From an uncultured Prevotella sp. (lineage in GTDB: Bacteria > Bacteroidota > Bacteroidia > Bacteroidales > Bacteroidaceae): a stretch of DNA of 64,000 nucleotides. Positions 9,372-19,485 of this stretch are shown piece by piece. The stretch's first letter is position 1. Each line of letters starts with the position of its first letter. Below the pieces are notes generated by a model. That model made no database searches. It was given only the letters and a program-made list of their open reading frames with translations, and was not told the DNA's origin. Made by a program: the position numbers and the translations under genes. The stretch lies in contig URLI01000001.1 of assembly GCA_900548585.1 (NCBI GenBank), forward strand, positions 24,529 through 88,528, read 5' to 3'.

Positions 9372-10175
9372 CTAAAAGTACAGTATCGGGTTGGTGCAGA
9401 CCCTGCTCATCACAGTTCTCACCCCGGGACATTCCATCCCGATAATCTCCCTGAAAATTTCATTCGTGAAGCGTTCGCTCTGGTAGTGCCCTATCACCGC
9501 AATCTGTATTTCCTGCTCGTGGCCAAAATACTCATGGTACCGCATCTCGCCCGTGACGAAGGCATCCGCGCCGGCTCTCACCGCATCGCCGAGCAGGAAC
9601 GAGCCAGCCCCTCCGCACACCGCGACGCGTTCTATGCTGCGCCGCAGCAGTTGGTTGGCCTGCACGCACTCAACGTCAAACACCGACTTAAGCATCTTTG
9701 TGAAATCGTCGGCAGCCATTGGCTCCGGCAGCGCGCCAATCACTCCGCTGCCTCCCCTCACCTCCGTTCCGTCGGTTGCCGTGGCACACTTCCCCTCGCC
9801 GAAGAAAGCCGTGGCCTGCAGCCCCATCTTCTCCGCCATCCTGAAATTCACGCCACCGCAGGCATTGTCCATGTTGGTGTGCATACTCACCACGGCAATG
9901 TCCTTCTTTATAGCCGCAATCACAGCCCTCTGCACGTCGTTCTCGCCGGCAATGCGCCGCAATGGACGGAAAATCAGCGGGTGGTGGCTCACTATCAGGT
10001 TGCACCCAGCTGCGGCAGCCTCTGCCACCACAGCCTCCGTAACGTCTATACACAATAATGCCCCTGATACTTCCGTCTCTGTCAATCCCAGTTGCAGGCC
10101 AGCATTGTCGTAGCTTTCCTGCAAGGGCAGAGGCGCGAAACGTTCAAGGGCGCACAGCACTTCTCTTACTTTCAC
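9372..10175 (-). CDS. Nif3-like dinuclear metal centre protein
   Basis: YDNAGLQ, SHHPLIF, HTNMD and GHYQSE motifs; GTG start inferred. Confidence 0.9.
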   Translation of the reverse strand: MKVREVLCALERFAPLPLQESYDNAGLQLGLTETEVSGALLCIDVTEAVVAEAAAAGCNLIVSHHPLIFRPLRRIAGENDVQRAVIAAIKKDIAVVSMHTNMDNACGGVNFRMAEKMGLQATAFFGEGKCATATDGTEVRGGSGVIGALPEPMAADDFTKMLKSVFDVECVQANQLLRRSIERVAVCGGAGSFLLGDAVRAGADAFVTGEMRYHEYFGHEQEIQIAVIGHYQSERFTNEIFREIIGMECPGVRTVMSRVCTNPILYF

Positions 10176-10343
10176 GTCTTGTGAGTTTAGGGTGCAAAGA
10201 TAGTGAAAAATAACGAGATACACGGTGCATACACAATGCAGCCCGCGTTATTTATCATTTTTTAACCGTCTGGGCAAATGTAATTATGTTATTTCTGATG
10301 TCTCCTGTTTTCAATGGCGACATTGCCGCCTTAAAGTCACCTA

Positions 10344-10376
10344 TAGGGAAAATCCCACGACAAGTAGGGAAAATCC
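10344..10376 (+). promoter_or_regulatory. Tandem direct repeat TAGGGAAAATCC x2 (21-bp period)
   Basis: Exact copies at 10344-10355 and 10365-10376 in a divergent promoter region. Confidence 0.5.
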
Positions 10377-10448
10377 TTTGCCGAGGTGATTTTTTTTGTG
10401 TTCCTTTGTATCGTAAAAACAAAATATGAACAATTAAAACATAAGGAT

Positions 10449-11573
10449 ATGAAAAGATTTATCATCGCTCTTGCAGCACTTTTGACAATGGCAATCAATG
10501 CCGAAGCCATGAGCTATGAGCAGGCTCGCAGAGAGGCGCTGTTCCTTACAGACAAAATGGCTTACGAACTTAACCTGTCAGAGGATCAGTACGAAGCGGC
10601 TTACGAAGTCAACCTCGACTATCTTCTCAGCATTGACACAAGCGACGACCTTTACGGAGTCTACTGGACTCGGCGTAACCTCGACCTGAGTTACATCTTG
10701 TTCGACTGGCAGTACAGCACATTCTGCGCCGCAACCTATTTCTACCGTCCGCTATACTGGAACGCCGGCTACTGGCACCTCGGCATCTATGCACGATACC
10801 CACGGCGCACATATTTCTATTATGGCTATCCTGACTTCTGGTACACTTACCGTGGAGGACACAGCTGGAGATACAATGGCGGAAGAAGCTGGTACAGAGG
10901 ACGCAACTGGGGACGCAGCCACGGATATGGGCGCGGAGGAGGATGGCGCGGCATGCGCGACGGCTTCGACCGTGGAGACTACCGGAACCGCAGGCCGGAT
11001 GGTTACAGCGGACGTGGACGCGGCAATGGAAACTCTGGACACAACGGGAACTTCGGGAACAGGAGAGACTTCGGGAACAGGAGAGACTTCGGGGACAGGA
11101 GAGACTTCGGGAACAACCGCGACCGTGGAAAATTCAATAACGGCGGGACGGGACGTTTAGACCCCAACAGGAGCGTTGACATTTCAAACAGGATACGATT
11201 GGATGACAACTCTGAAAAAATCAGGCAAGACAGATTCTCAACCAGAACGCGCAGCGAAGGCACAATGTCAAGGAGACGGCCAGAAAGCGACACATACCGC
11301 CGCAGCAGCACACGCTCAACAGTGACACGCAGCAACGGTGCATTCGAAAGGAGCAACAACGACCGCGTCACAACAACCAGAAAACCTTCAAGCACGTTCA
11401 CCCCAAGCCGCAGAAGCAGTTCGTTTGAACGCTCTGACCGAAGCAGCACGAGGAGCAGCACGACGTTCAGCCGGCCAAACGGCAGCAGCACGAGGAGCAG
11501 CGGGACGTTCAGCAGCGGCTCACGCGGAGGAGGCTCTCGTGGCGGCGGTGGTCACTTCGGTGGCCGCAGGTAG
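10449..11573 (+). CDS. Exported hypothetical protein with Tyr/Trp-rich middle and Arg/Gly/Ser-rich disordered tail
   Basis: Signal peptide MKRFIIALAALLTMAINAEA; GNRRDF repeats. Confidence 0.8.
   Translation: MKRFIIALAALLTMAINAEAMSYEQARREALFLTDKMAYELNLSEDQYEAAYEVNLDYLLSIDTSDDLYGVYWTRRNLDLSYILFDWQYSTFCAATYFYRPLYWNAGYWHLGIYARYPRRTYFYYGYPDFWYTYRGGHSWRYNGGRSWYRGRNWGRSHGYGRGGGWRGMRDGFDRGDYRNRRPDGYSGRGRGNGNSGHNGNFGNRRDFGNRRDFGDRRDFGNNRDRGKFNNGGTGRLDPNRSVDISNRIRLDDNSEKIRQDRFSTRTRSEGTMSRRRPESDTYRRSSTRSTVTRSNGAFERSNNDRVTTTRKPSSTFTPSRRSSSFERSDRSSTRSSTTFSRPNGSSTRSSGTFSSGSRGGGSRGGGGHFGGRR
11049..11115 (+). repeat. In-frame 18-bp tandem repeat encoding FGNRRD (about 3.5 copies)
   Basis: ACTTCGGGAACAGGAGAG units. 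Confidence 0.85.
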
Positions 11574-11683
11574 GAAACCGATTTAGAATAATTAATCTCC
11601 AAAGGTAAGCAAAAGTAATAATGATTGTTAGGAAAAGGAAATGACCTAAGTTAGGGATAACAAGACAGTCATATTGAATAGTC

Positions 11684-11721
11684 AACACGCCTCGCGATGT
11701 GAATTGCCGGGCGTGTTTTTT
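11684..11721 (+). terminator. Rho-independent terminator
   Basis: AACACGCC...GGCGTGTT followed by a T run; between convergent genes. Confidence 0.7.
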
Positions 11722-11787
11722 CGTTCATCATAATGCGCAAGATATGCGAGTCAGGAATAAGACTGTATGGAAATATGAATGTGAAAG

Positions 11788-12312
11788 TCAGTTAGTCAAT
11801 ACGATGGTGCGCACCTCCGCATTGCCCATACGCTCTATTTCCTTAATCTGCTTGTTGTGGTAGCGTGCCAGTATGGCCTTGTTTATTATCCCGTGCCCAA
11901 CGGCGAACACCACCTTGCCACGGTAATTCTCACTTATGAAATCAAGGAAACGGGCGGCGCGCAGCAGTAGGCAGTCAAGTGACTCGACGTCTTCGGGGAA
12001 GGCCTCGCCCTTCAAGTCTGGTATAAACCGACCCGTGAACGCTCCCCAGTCACGCTCGCGCAGCAATGCGGTCGTCTCAACAGGCAGCCCACGCCGTTCT
12101 GCCACGATCCTGCATGTCTCAACGGCGCGGTCCAGGTCGCTCGACACGAAGGCGTCAATGTGCCTGCCGCTCATTTTATCTGCCAGCCTCCTTGCCTGCG
12201 CAATTCCCTTTTCGTTCAGTCTGCCATGCGTCTGTCCCTGCATTATCTGGTTCTCGTTGTCAAACGTCTCACCATGCCGTGCAAGTAATATGGTGGTCCT
12301 TTCGCCAGTCAT
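11788..12312 (-). CDS. Histidine phosphatase family protein
   Basis: LARHGET, SSDLDRA, LRERDWG and VGHG motifs. Confidence 0.9.
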   Translation of the reverse strand: MTGERTTILLARHGETFDNENQIMQGQTHGRLNEKGIAQARRLADKMSGRHIDAFVSSDLDRAVETCRIVAERRGLPVETTALLRERDWGAFTGRFIPDLKGEAFPEDVESLDCLLLRAARFLDFISENYRGKVVFAVGHGIINKAILARYHNKQIKEIERMGNAEVRTIVLTN

Positions 12313-12365
12313 TCACATTCTTTTACATTGTTGTTAGTTGCTGAAAAGCCGTGTTCAAGTGCCGC

Positions 12366-14114
12366 TTACACAAGTTCAAGCCCGAGCCTCTCCTGCATCT
12401 TGGCAATGGCCTCGTTATTCTTCACCAGTTCAACATACTGCTCCCGCCGTGTCATCACTTTTCCCACCTCGCTTTCTTCAGCTATCCGGTATGACACGGT
12501 TATGTCGTCGTTCTTCAGGTCGCGCACGAGTGTTGCACGTATATTTCCCTCAATTTTCGTTATCTCGTCAAGCAAAAGTTGGTTTTCCACCACCACCTCC
12601 ACTTGTGGGAACTCCTTTATGTGCGGGATCAAGTTACTTATGCGTGCCGAGACACCGGCGAGTTGCTGCGGCATACGCTTGCACATGCCATACCACACCG
12701 ACTGAAGTTCGTCTTCAGTGAAAGGCTTGTGTTCTCCAGTATCGGCATTTTCTTCCTTCTCACTGACATATTGGACGTTCTCGCCGGCTCTTTTCAGCCT
12801 TCGGAACGAGTAGCCGAGTTCATTCAGTTTGAAAGTCTTTCTTGGCCTCGCCACATCCTTGGGTGCTGCCACCGCCGGCCGGCCATCGACGGGTTTATTC
12901 TCCTCTCGCCCTGTCGCAGCCACCTGCTCTGCCGCGTGTTCTGACAAGGGTCGGTTGAATATCTTTCGGAACAGGGATTTCAATCTTCGGGGCTTCCGCC
13001 CCGCGTCAGGAACGTCGTCGTCCTGCTGTGTTATCTGCGCCACCTCTATGAGCGTGATTTCCACCAGCAGGCGTTTGTTGGTGCTCTGCTTATAGTTCAC
13101 GTCGCACCGGTTCATTATCTTCAGAGCCCTGAAGAGGAAATCCGCCGTGCAGCGGCTGGCCTGCCCTGCATACCTTTCTGACAGACGCTGGCTCGTCTCG
13201 AGCAGTTCCACCGTCTGCGGGTCTTTAGCCATCAGCACGTTCCTCACATGCTTCGCAAGTCCCGTTATGAAGTTCCCCCCGTCGAACCCATTTGCCAGCA
13301 CGCTGTTCAGCAGCACCATTATGTCCGCTGCCTTATTGTCGAGCGCGAGGTCTATGACGCGGAAATAGTTGTCGGAATCAAGAACGTTGAGATCCTCTAT
13401 CACCTTCTTGTACGTCATGTCGCCCTGGCAGAACGATGCCGCCTGGTCGAAAATGCTGAGTGCGTCGCGCATACCTCCGTCGGCCTTCTCGGCAATCACC
13501 TCCAGAGCCTCCTCCTCGTATTTTATGCCCTCCTTCTCTGCCACCATCTTCAGGTGCGCCACGGTGTTCCTTACGGTCATCCGCTCGAAGTCGAATATCT
13601 GGCAGCGCGATATGATTGTAGGCAGTATTTTGTGTTTCTCCGTTGTCGCGAGTATGAATATGACATGTGCCGGCGGCTCCTCGAGTGTCTTGAGGAACGC
13701 GTTGAATGCCGCCGTTGACAGCATGTGCACCTCGTCGATTATGAACACCTTGTATTTTCCCACCTGCGGCGGTATGCGCGTCTGCTCCATCAGGGCCTTG
13801 ATGTTCTCCACCGAGTTGTTGCTTGCCGCATCGAGTTCGAATATGTTGTAGGACCGTTGCTCCATGAACGACTTGCAACTCTCGCACTCCCCGCACGCCT
13901 CGCCTTCGGATGTCGGGTTACTGCAGTTTATTGCCTTTGCGAAAATCCTCGCACACGTCGTCTTCCCCACTCCGCGCGGCCCGCAGAACAGGTAGGCGTG
14001 TGCAAGTTTGCCGCTTTTCACCGCGTTCTTAAGCGTCGTGGTGAGAGCCTGCTGCCCCACAACGGTGTCAAACGTCATCGGACGGTATTTCCTTGCAGAA
14101 ACGATATATTCCAT
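12366..14114 (-). CDS. dnaX: DNA polymerase III subunit gamma/tau
   Basis: ARKYRP, GPRGVGKT, DEVHML, LKTLEEPP, SRC and GGMRDALS motifs. Confidence 0.97.
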   Translation of the reverse strand: MEYIVSARKYRPMTFDTVVGQQALTTTLKNAVKSGKLAHAYLFCGPRGVGKTTCARIFAKAINCSNPTSEGEACGECESCKSFMEQRSYNIFELDAASNNSVENIKALMEQTRIPPQVGKYKVFIIDEVHMLSTAAFNAFLKTLEEPPAHVIFILATTEKHKILPTIISRCQIFDFERMTVRNTVAHLKMVAEKEGIKYEEEALEVIAEKADGGMRDALSIFDQAASFCQGDMTYKKVIEDLNVLDSDNYFRVIDLALDNKAADIMVLLNSVLANGFDGGNFITGLAKHVRNVLMAKDPQTVELLETSQRLSERYAGQASRCTADFLFRALKIMNRCDVNYKQSTNKRLLVEITLIEVAQITQQDDDVPDAGRKPRRLKSLFRKIFNRPLSEHAAEQVAATGREENKPVDGRPAVAAPKDVARPRKTFKLNELGYSFRRLKRAGENVQYVSEKEENADTGEHKPFTEDELQSVWYGMCKRMPQQLAGVSARISNLIPHIKEFPQVEVVVENQLLLDEITKIEGNIRATLVRDLKNDDITVSYRIAEESEVGKVMTRREQYVELVKNNEAIAKMQERLGLELV

Positions 14115-14201
14115 TTTATCTATCTGTTTTAACTTCCTTCATAAGTCAAGAAGTTAAGACAGCACCCTTGCCTTAACCATTCTTTAATACAGCCTCCTTT
14201 C

Positions 14202-15071
14202 TCAACTTCCCCTCATTTTTTCCATCAACAAAATCTCCGGGCGATACTCGAAGTGCATGGTGTCGTAGTGATACCACCGTCCGCCCCATATAAAGCCGTG
14301 TTTCTCGAAAATCTCGACTATCTCATGCGGCATCTTGTTCCTGTATGGCACTTTGTCAGTCTCCTTTGCACCGGGCCTTGCCCACTGCCAATAGGTCTTG
14401 TAGTTGCCGCCAATGTCTATCGTCATGCCGTAGGAGTGCGCGCTCTGCCGCTTCGCCCCGCGCACCTGCCGCCAGTAGAACGACCCTTCCGACTTCAAGT
14501 AAGCCCTCATACCGTGTAGTTTTGCCAGTTCGTCGCGCACTGCCTTGAGATGTTCTGCCGCACCGTTCACCGTTGTGAACAGCACGCTTTGCCCGAACCA
14601 AGGCACACTTACAAGATGTTTACGCACCTCTGCCGCCGAGCGGCCGTACATCTTCTTGAACAGTGCCTCGTTGCGGCTGCGCCCTGCGTCCTGCAGGAAT
14701 TCCGGTATCCACGAACTCGTGTCGTAACGGAACGAAAACATATCCTCGATGTCGGCGTCGTCGAGTTTCTGCACGAACGACTTGTCCCTGCCGTCATCAT
14801 AAATCATCTCGCTGCCGTCCCTGAAGATAATCCTGTTGTCGCGGTAGCCCTTTATGAAATCGGGATAAGCCTCAATCAATGCCCTCGCACCGGCAGGTAT
14901 TCCACCAGCACCGTCCGTTTCGTCCACTCCACCGCTCCTGGCGGCAGACGGCAACGCGGACACCTCTTTCCTGCCGGTTATGTCCGTCCTTTCCTTACAC
15001 CCCAATCCAACAGCAAACACTGATGCCATCACCAGTGTTGCTGTCACTATTGAAAATATCTTCCTCACCAT
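14202..15071 (-). CDS. M15 family zinc metallopeptidase (peptidoglycan peptidase), likely exported
   Basis: SAHSYGMTID and GFIWGGRWYHYDTMHFEY motifs; N-terminal hydrophobic segment with Cys. Confidence 0.85.
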   Translation of the reverse strand: MVRKIFSIVTATLVMASVFAVGLGCKERTDITGRKEVSALPSAARSGGVDETDGAGGIPAGARALIEAYPDFIKGYRDNRIIFRDGSEMIYDDGRDKSFVQKLDDADIEDMFSFRYDTSSWIPEFLQDAGRSRNEALFKKMYGRSAAEVRKHLVSVPWFGQSVLFTTVNGAAEHLKAVRDELAKLHGMRAYLKSEGSFYWRQVRGAKRQSAHSYGMTIDIGGNYKTYWQWARPGAKETDKVPYRNKMPHEIVEIFEKHGFIWGGRWYHYDTMHFEYRPEILLMEKMRGS

Positions 15072-15080
15072 ACAACCACT

Positions 15081-15497
15081 CTATTCGTACCTGTGCAGGA
15101 ATGTAATGTTGTAGTTCTCATACTTGTTGAACTCGCGCGCCGGCACCTCATTGCGCCACGGACTGTACCATGACTGCGAATTGAAGTAGTCACGCAGTTC
15201 CTCATCATTGAAGCGCCTGCCGTGGCGTGCGTATATTGAGTTCTTCAGGACCCTTATCTGTCCCTTGTCCATGTTGTAGATGTCATCGTAGGTCACATAA
15301 CTTGATGACAGCCAGTCATACTGCGTCCCCCATACCGTATTCCTGCTGGTGTTTTTCCTGTTGCGTTTCACAGTGCGGTTTTTGCGTGGAATAGACGGGA
15401 TCTGTGCCTTTGCCTCATATACTCCCGGCAAGGCCATCATTGCAGTAAGCAGGATGACCGTCAAAACTCTTTTGCTCTTAAAAATTCTCATAGTCAT
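15081..15497 (-). CDS. YARHG domain secreted protein
   Basis: KNSIYARHGRRF...YFNSQSWY motif; signal peptide. Confidence 0.88.
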   Translation of the reverse strand: MTMRIFKSKRVLTVILLTAMMALPGVYEAKAQIPSIPRKNRTVKRNRKNTSRNTVWGTQYDWLSSSYVTYDDIYNMDKGQIRVLKNSIYARHGRRFNDEELRDYFNSQSWYSPWRNEVPAREFNKYENYNITFLHRYE

Positions 15498-15785
15498 TAA
15501 TTTTAAAGGATTTGTGTAATGAAGTAATATTATTGCATACAAAGATACGAAAATTTTTATTATCGCACAACTTCTTTATCATTAATTAACACATAATATA
15601 CCTTGGGCGAATTACGTAAGCAAGTGCAAGGTTACGATTTTTCCCTGAATTGACTAACTTGTTTCTGCAACTTGAGACATTAACTTAGTTTCAATTCCAT
15701 AAACTTCCAAATGCCTGCAATCTTTTACCTTTTGTGGAACAATAATCACTGAATACAGACTTTACCCAACAAAACAGTCATATTC

Positions 15786-15822
15786 TGAACAGTAAAACAA
15801 AGAAAAATTAGTTTGCTGTTCA
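15786..15822. promoter_or_regulatory. Inverted repeat upstream of abiEi (putative autoregulatory operator)
   Basis: TGAACAGTAAAAC...GTTTGCTGTTCA just upstream of the TATCTTTG -7 box at 15832-15839. Confidence 0.55.
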
Positions 15823-15843
15823 TTTTTTCACTATCTTTGCAGC

Positions 15844-16470
15844 ATGATTATGGACTTAGAACATATCGGCAACATTCCAGTAAGCACTTCTGCAATATCC
15901 TCATTGTTTCCCGGGGTGAAGGCTGGCAATCACAAGGTGCGTAACCTTGAATTGAGTGGAAAGATTATCAGGCTAAAGAGGGGACTCTATGTCGTTGACC
16001 CCTCCATATCACATGTCGCGCTATCCACAGAGTTGATAGCCAACCATATCTACGCGCCATCGTATATATCCATGTTGTCGGCTCTGCGATATTATGGACT
16101 GACACCCGAAACTGTATATACCACACAGTCAATGACAATCAAGCACTCACGCAGTTTTGACACCCCCGTAGGTCGCTTTGACTACCATTTCATGAACCGC
16201 GACGCATTTCACATCGGAGTCACCATCATAAACAAGCAAAACTACTCATTCCTGATGGCAACCCCGGAAAAGGCTCTCTGCGACCTCATTGCCAATTCGG
16301 CCCAAGTGAACCTGCGATACACGAAGGATGTTGAGGTGTATCTTGAAGAAGACATACGTATGGGAATTGACGGCCTTCTCAATATGGACATAAACATATT
16401 CGAACAATACGTCAAGGCCGGAAAGAAGCCAAAATCTATTCAGACAATTATTAATTATTTGAAGCGATGA
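15844..16470 (+). CDS. Type IV TA antitoxin, AbiEi-like
   Basis: IIRLKRGLY, PSYISMLSALRYYGLTPE and ATPEKALCD motifs; ATGA overlap with the next gene. Confidence 0.85.
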   Translation: MIMDLEHIGNIPVSTSAISSLFPGVKAGNHKVRNLELSGKIIRLKRGLYVVDPSISHVALSTELIANHIYAPSYISMLSALRYYGLTPETVYTTQSMTIKHSRSFDTPVGRFDYHFMNRDAFHIGVTIINKQNYSFLMATPEKALCDLIANSAQVNLRYTKDVEVYLEEDIRMGIDGLLNMDINIFEQYVKAGKKPKSIQTIINYLKR

Positions 16471-17291
16471 ACGATACATACAATCAGATGTTGTCAAAGT
16501 ACAACCAGACAACCGAGCAACAAAGGCGTAACGCCATATTCGAAGTTAACCAACAGATAATACTCGCAGGTCTATACAGTGGTGGGTTCTTTGACGTGGC
16601 AGCCTTTTATGGCGGCACATGCCTGCGCATATTCCATGGCCTTCAACGTTTTTCGGAGGACATGGACTTCTCTCTTCTTGCACCAAACGACAACTTTGAC
16701 TTCACACAATACTTCCAGCCCATAATAGATGAATTTGCATTGGTTGGCAGAGAAGTTGAAATAAAGAAGAAAGACAAAAGGAACTTTGGAAAGGTGGAAT
16801 CCGCCTTCATAAAAGACAACACCGATGTATATGACATTACTTTTAACACGGAAAAGTCTGTTAAGATCAAGATTGAAGTTGACACGCAGCCACCATTGAA
16901 ATTCAATACGGAACAGAAACTTGTCCTCATGCCAAAGTCGTTTATGGTTCGTTGTTTCACCTTGCCCGACCTATATGCAGGAAAGATGCACGCCTTGGTG
17001 TATCGCGCATGGAAAAACCGGGTGAAAGGCCGTGACTGGTATGATTTCGAATGGTATGTACGCCACAGCATCCCGCTCGGTTTCACTCACTTGCATGAAC
17101 GTGCCATCCTGTTCAATCAAGAAGACATAAGCAAAGAAACGTTCATTGAGAAACTAAAGGAACGGCTCTCGAAAGCCGACATCAATCAAGTAAAGGCGGA
17201 TGTCATGCCGTTTGTAAGCAATACAAAGGAACTCGACATTTGGTCGAAAGAGTATTTCCTTGAGCTGGCAGACATGATAAAATTTGAATAG
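16467..17291 (+). CDS. Type IV TA toxin, AbiEii nucleotidyltransferase
   Basis: FYGGTCLR, RFSEDMDF, KMHA and KGRDWYD motifs. Confidence 0.92.
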   Translation: MNDTYNQMLSKYNQTTEQQRRNAIFEVNQQIILAGLYSGGFFDVAAFYGGTCLRIFHGLQRFSEDMDFSLLAPNDNFDFTQYFQPIIDEFALVGREVEIKKKDKRNFGKVESAFIKDNTDVYDITFNTEKSVKIKIEVDTQPPLKFNTEQKLVLMPKSFMVRCFTLPDLYAGKMHALVYRAWKNRVKGRDWYDFEWYVRHSIPLGFTHLHERAILFNQEDISKETFIEKLKERLSKADINQVKADVMPFVSNTKELDIWSKEYFLELADMIKFE

Positions 17292-17416
17292 GCATATATT
17301 GAAAATCAGCGCAACTGGCATGCAATGCCTAATTGCACATGCTGGCGGTGTCCTCATTTTTCTCGTTTTCAGCACTTTTTCTTTGGTGTTAAATGACAAA
17401 TGAGTAACTTTGTGCA

Positions 17417-18502
17417 ATGAAAAAACGAAACGACACGAACCACGACAGGACAATCTTGCCTGCCGAGTGGGAGCCGCAGGGCGCGGTGATGATGACATGG
17501 CCGCACGCCGCAACCGACTGGCTGCCATACCTTGACGAGATAACAGGGACATACCTGCAAATGGCCGAGGCGATCGCAAGGCACGAGAAACTGATAGTGG
17601 TGTCGCCCGACAAGAAAGACACTGAGGCGAAACTGCGCGCAAGACTCGGCGAGGAACTCGTGGCAAACATAATCATTGTTGAACTGCCAACAAACGACAC
17701 ATGGGCGCGGGACCACGGCTTCATCACGCTTCGCGGCAGCGACGGCAGCGCGGTGCTGCTCGATTTCCGTTTCAACGGATGGGGAGAGAAGTTCGAGGCA
17801 GGGCTTGACAACGAAATAAACCGTGGATTGCTGGAGGCACTGAAGGCCGGCGCCGCGCTACGAAACGAAAAGCCATTCAGATACGAAAGCCACCTCGACT
17901 TCGTTCTCGAGGGCGGATCAGTCGAGAGCGACGGACGCGGAACGATTTTCACCACCGCCTCATGCCTGCTCGCGCCGCGCCGCAACCAGCCGCTGACGCG
18001 CAGGGAGATTGACCGGAAACTGCGCGAGACGCTTCGCGCCGACAGGATAATATGGCTCGAGCACGGACAACTCGCGGGCGACGACACCGACGGACACATC
18101 GACACCATCGTGCGCCCATGCCCAGACGACACCATATTATATATAAGGTGTGACGACCCGTCGGACGGGCATTACGCCGACTTCAAGGAAATGGAAAGGG
18201 AACTGCAAGACCTGAGAACACTGGACGGCAAGCCTTACAGGCTGCGGCCACTGCCTTTCCCAGACCCGATATTCCACGATGGCGAGCGGCTGCCGGCAAC
18301 CTACGCCAACTTCCTCGTTATCAACGGGGCGGTGCTCGCGCCGACATACGGACAGCCGGAGAACGACGCGAAGGCGATTGAGACACTGCAGGAGGCGTTC
18401 CCCGACCGCGAGATCATACCGATAGACAGCACCATCATCGCACGGCAGCATGGCTCGATACACTGCTGCACGATGCAGTTCCCAAAGGAAATGGCGTTCT
18501 GA
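17417..18502 (+). CDS. Agmatine deiminase family protein
   Basis: PAEWEP, DTWARD, EGGS, DDTDGHID and GSIHC motifs. Confidence 0.92.
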   Translation: MKKRNDTNHDRTILPAEWEPQGAVMMTWPHAATDWLPYLDEITGTYLQMAEAIARHEKLIVVSPDKKDTEAKLRARLGEELVANIIIVELPTNDTWARDHGFITLRGSDGSAVLLDFRFNGWGEKFEAGLDNEINRGLLEALKAGAALRNEKPFRYESHLDFVLEGGSVESDGRGTIFTTASCLLAPRRNQPLTRREIDRKLRETLRADRIIWLEHGQLAGDDTDGHIDTIVRPCPDDTILYIRCDDPSDGHYADFKEMERELQDLRTLDGKPYRLRPLPFPDPIFHDGERLPATYANFLVINGAVLAPTYGQPENDAKAIETLQEAFPDREIIPIDSTIIARQHGSIHCCTMQFPKEMAF

Positions 18503-18536
18503 ACAAGCAAGACAAACGGAAAAAGCAACAAGAGAT

Positions 18537-19445
18537 ATGAGAGAACTGAAAATAGGTATGCTGCAACAGCACAACACGGCAGACATGCGGCACAACATGG
18601 ACCGCCTGGCAGCGGGCATCGAGGAACTCGCCGGACGCGGAGCGCGGCTCATAGTGCTGCAGGAACTGCACAACTCGCTCTACTTCTGCCAGACGGAAGA
18701 CGTTCGTAAATTCGACCTCGCCGAAACAATCCCCGGGCCGTCAACGCAATTCTACGGCAAACTGGCACGGCAATGCGGAGTGGTGCTGGTGACATCGCTG
18801 TTCGAGAAACGCGCCGCAGGCCTCTACCACAACACCGCCGTGGTGATCGAGAAAGACGGAAGCATCGCCGGGAAATACCGCAAGATGCACATCCCGGACG
18901 ACCCGGCATACTACGAGAAATTCTATTTCGCGCCCGGCGACATCGGCTTCCGCCCCATCGACACGAGCGTGGGACGGCTCGGCGTGCTGGTGTGCTGGGA
19001 CCAGTGGTATCCCGAGGCCGCGCGGCTCATGGCACTGCGGGGGGCAGAGATACTGATATATCCCACGGCAATAGGCTACGACGCCAACGACAACGGGGCG
19101 GAACAGCAACGGCAGCGCGAGGCATGGACAACAGTGATGCGCGGCCATGCCGTGGCCAACGGGCTGCCGGTCGTCGCGGTGAACCGCGTGGGGCTTGAGC
19201 CGGCCGAACCGCAGTGCGGGGCGGCAAGCGGCGATACCGCCGACGGGGGAATACAATTCTGGGGATCGTCGTTCGTTGCCGGGCCGCAAGGCGAACTGCT
19301 GCACCGCGCACCGGAAGACGGCGAAGAGGCGTTTGTCGCCACAATCGACCTCGAACGCAGCGAGAACGTGCGCCGCTGGTGGCCGTTCCTGCGCGACAGG
19401 CGCATAGACGAATACAAGGACATGACGCGGCGGTTCATCGATTAG
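18537..19445 (+). CDS. Carbon-nitrogen hydrolase, probable N-carbamoylputrescine amidase
   Basis: LQEL, YRKMHIPDDPAYYEKFYF and VCWDQWYPE (E-K-C triad); adjacent to agmatine deiminase. Confidence 0.9.
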   Translation: MRELKIGMLQQHNTADMRHNMDRLAAGIEELAGRGARLIVLQELHNSLYFCQTEDVRKFDLAETIPGPSTQFYGKLARQCGVVLVTSLFEKRAAGLYHNTAVVIEKDGSIAGKYRKMHIPDDPAYYEKFYFAPGDIGFRPIDTSVGRLGVLVCWDQWYPEAARLMALRGAEILIYPTAIGYDANDNGAEQQRQREAWTTVMRGHAVANGLPVVAVNRVGLEPAEPQCGAASGDTADGGIQFWGSSFVAGPQGELLHRAPEDGEEAFVATIDLERSENVRRWWPFLRDRRIDEYKDMTRRFID

Positions 19446-19485
19446 ACCACGAGACATGGCCTGCATTCCGTACTCAACGGCAAGG

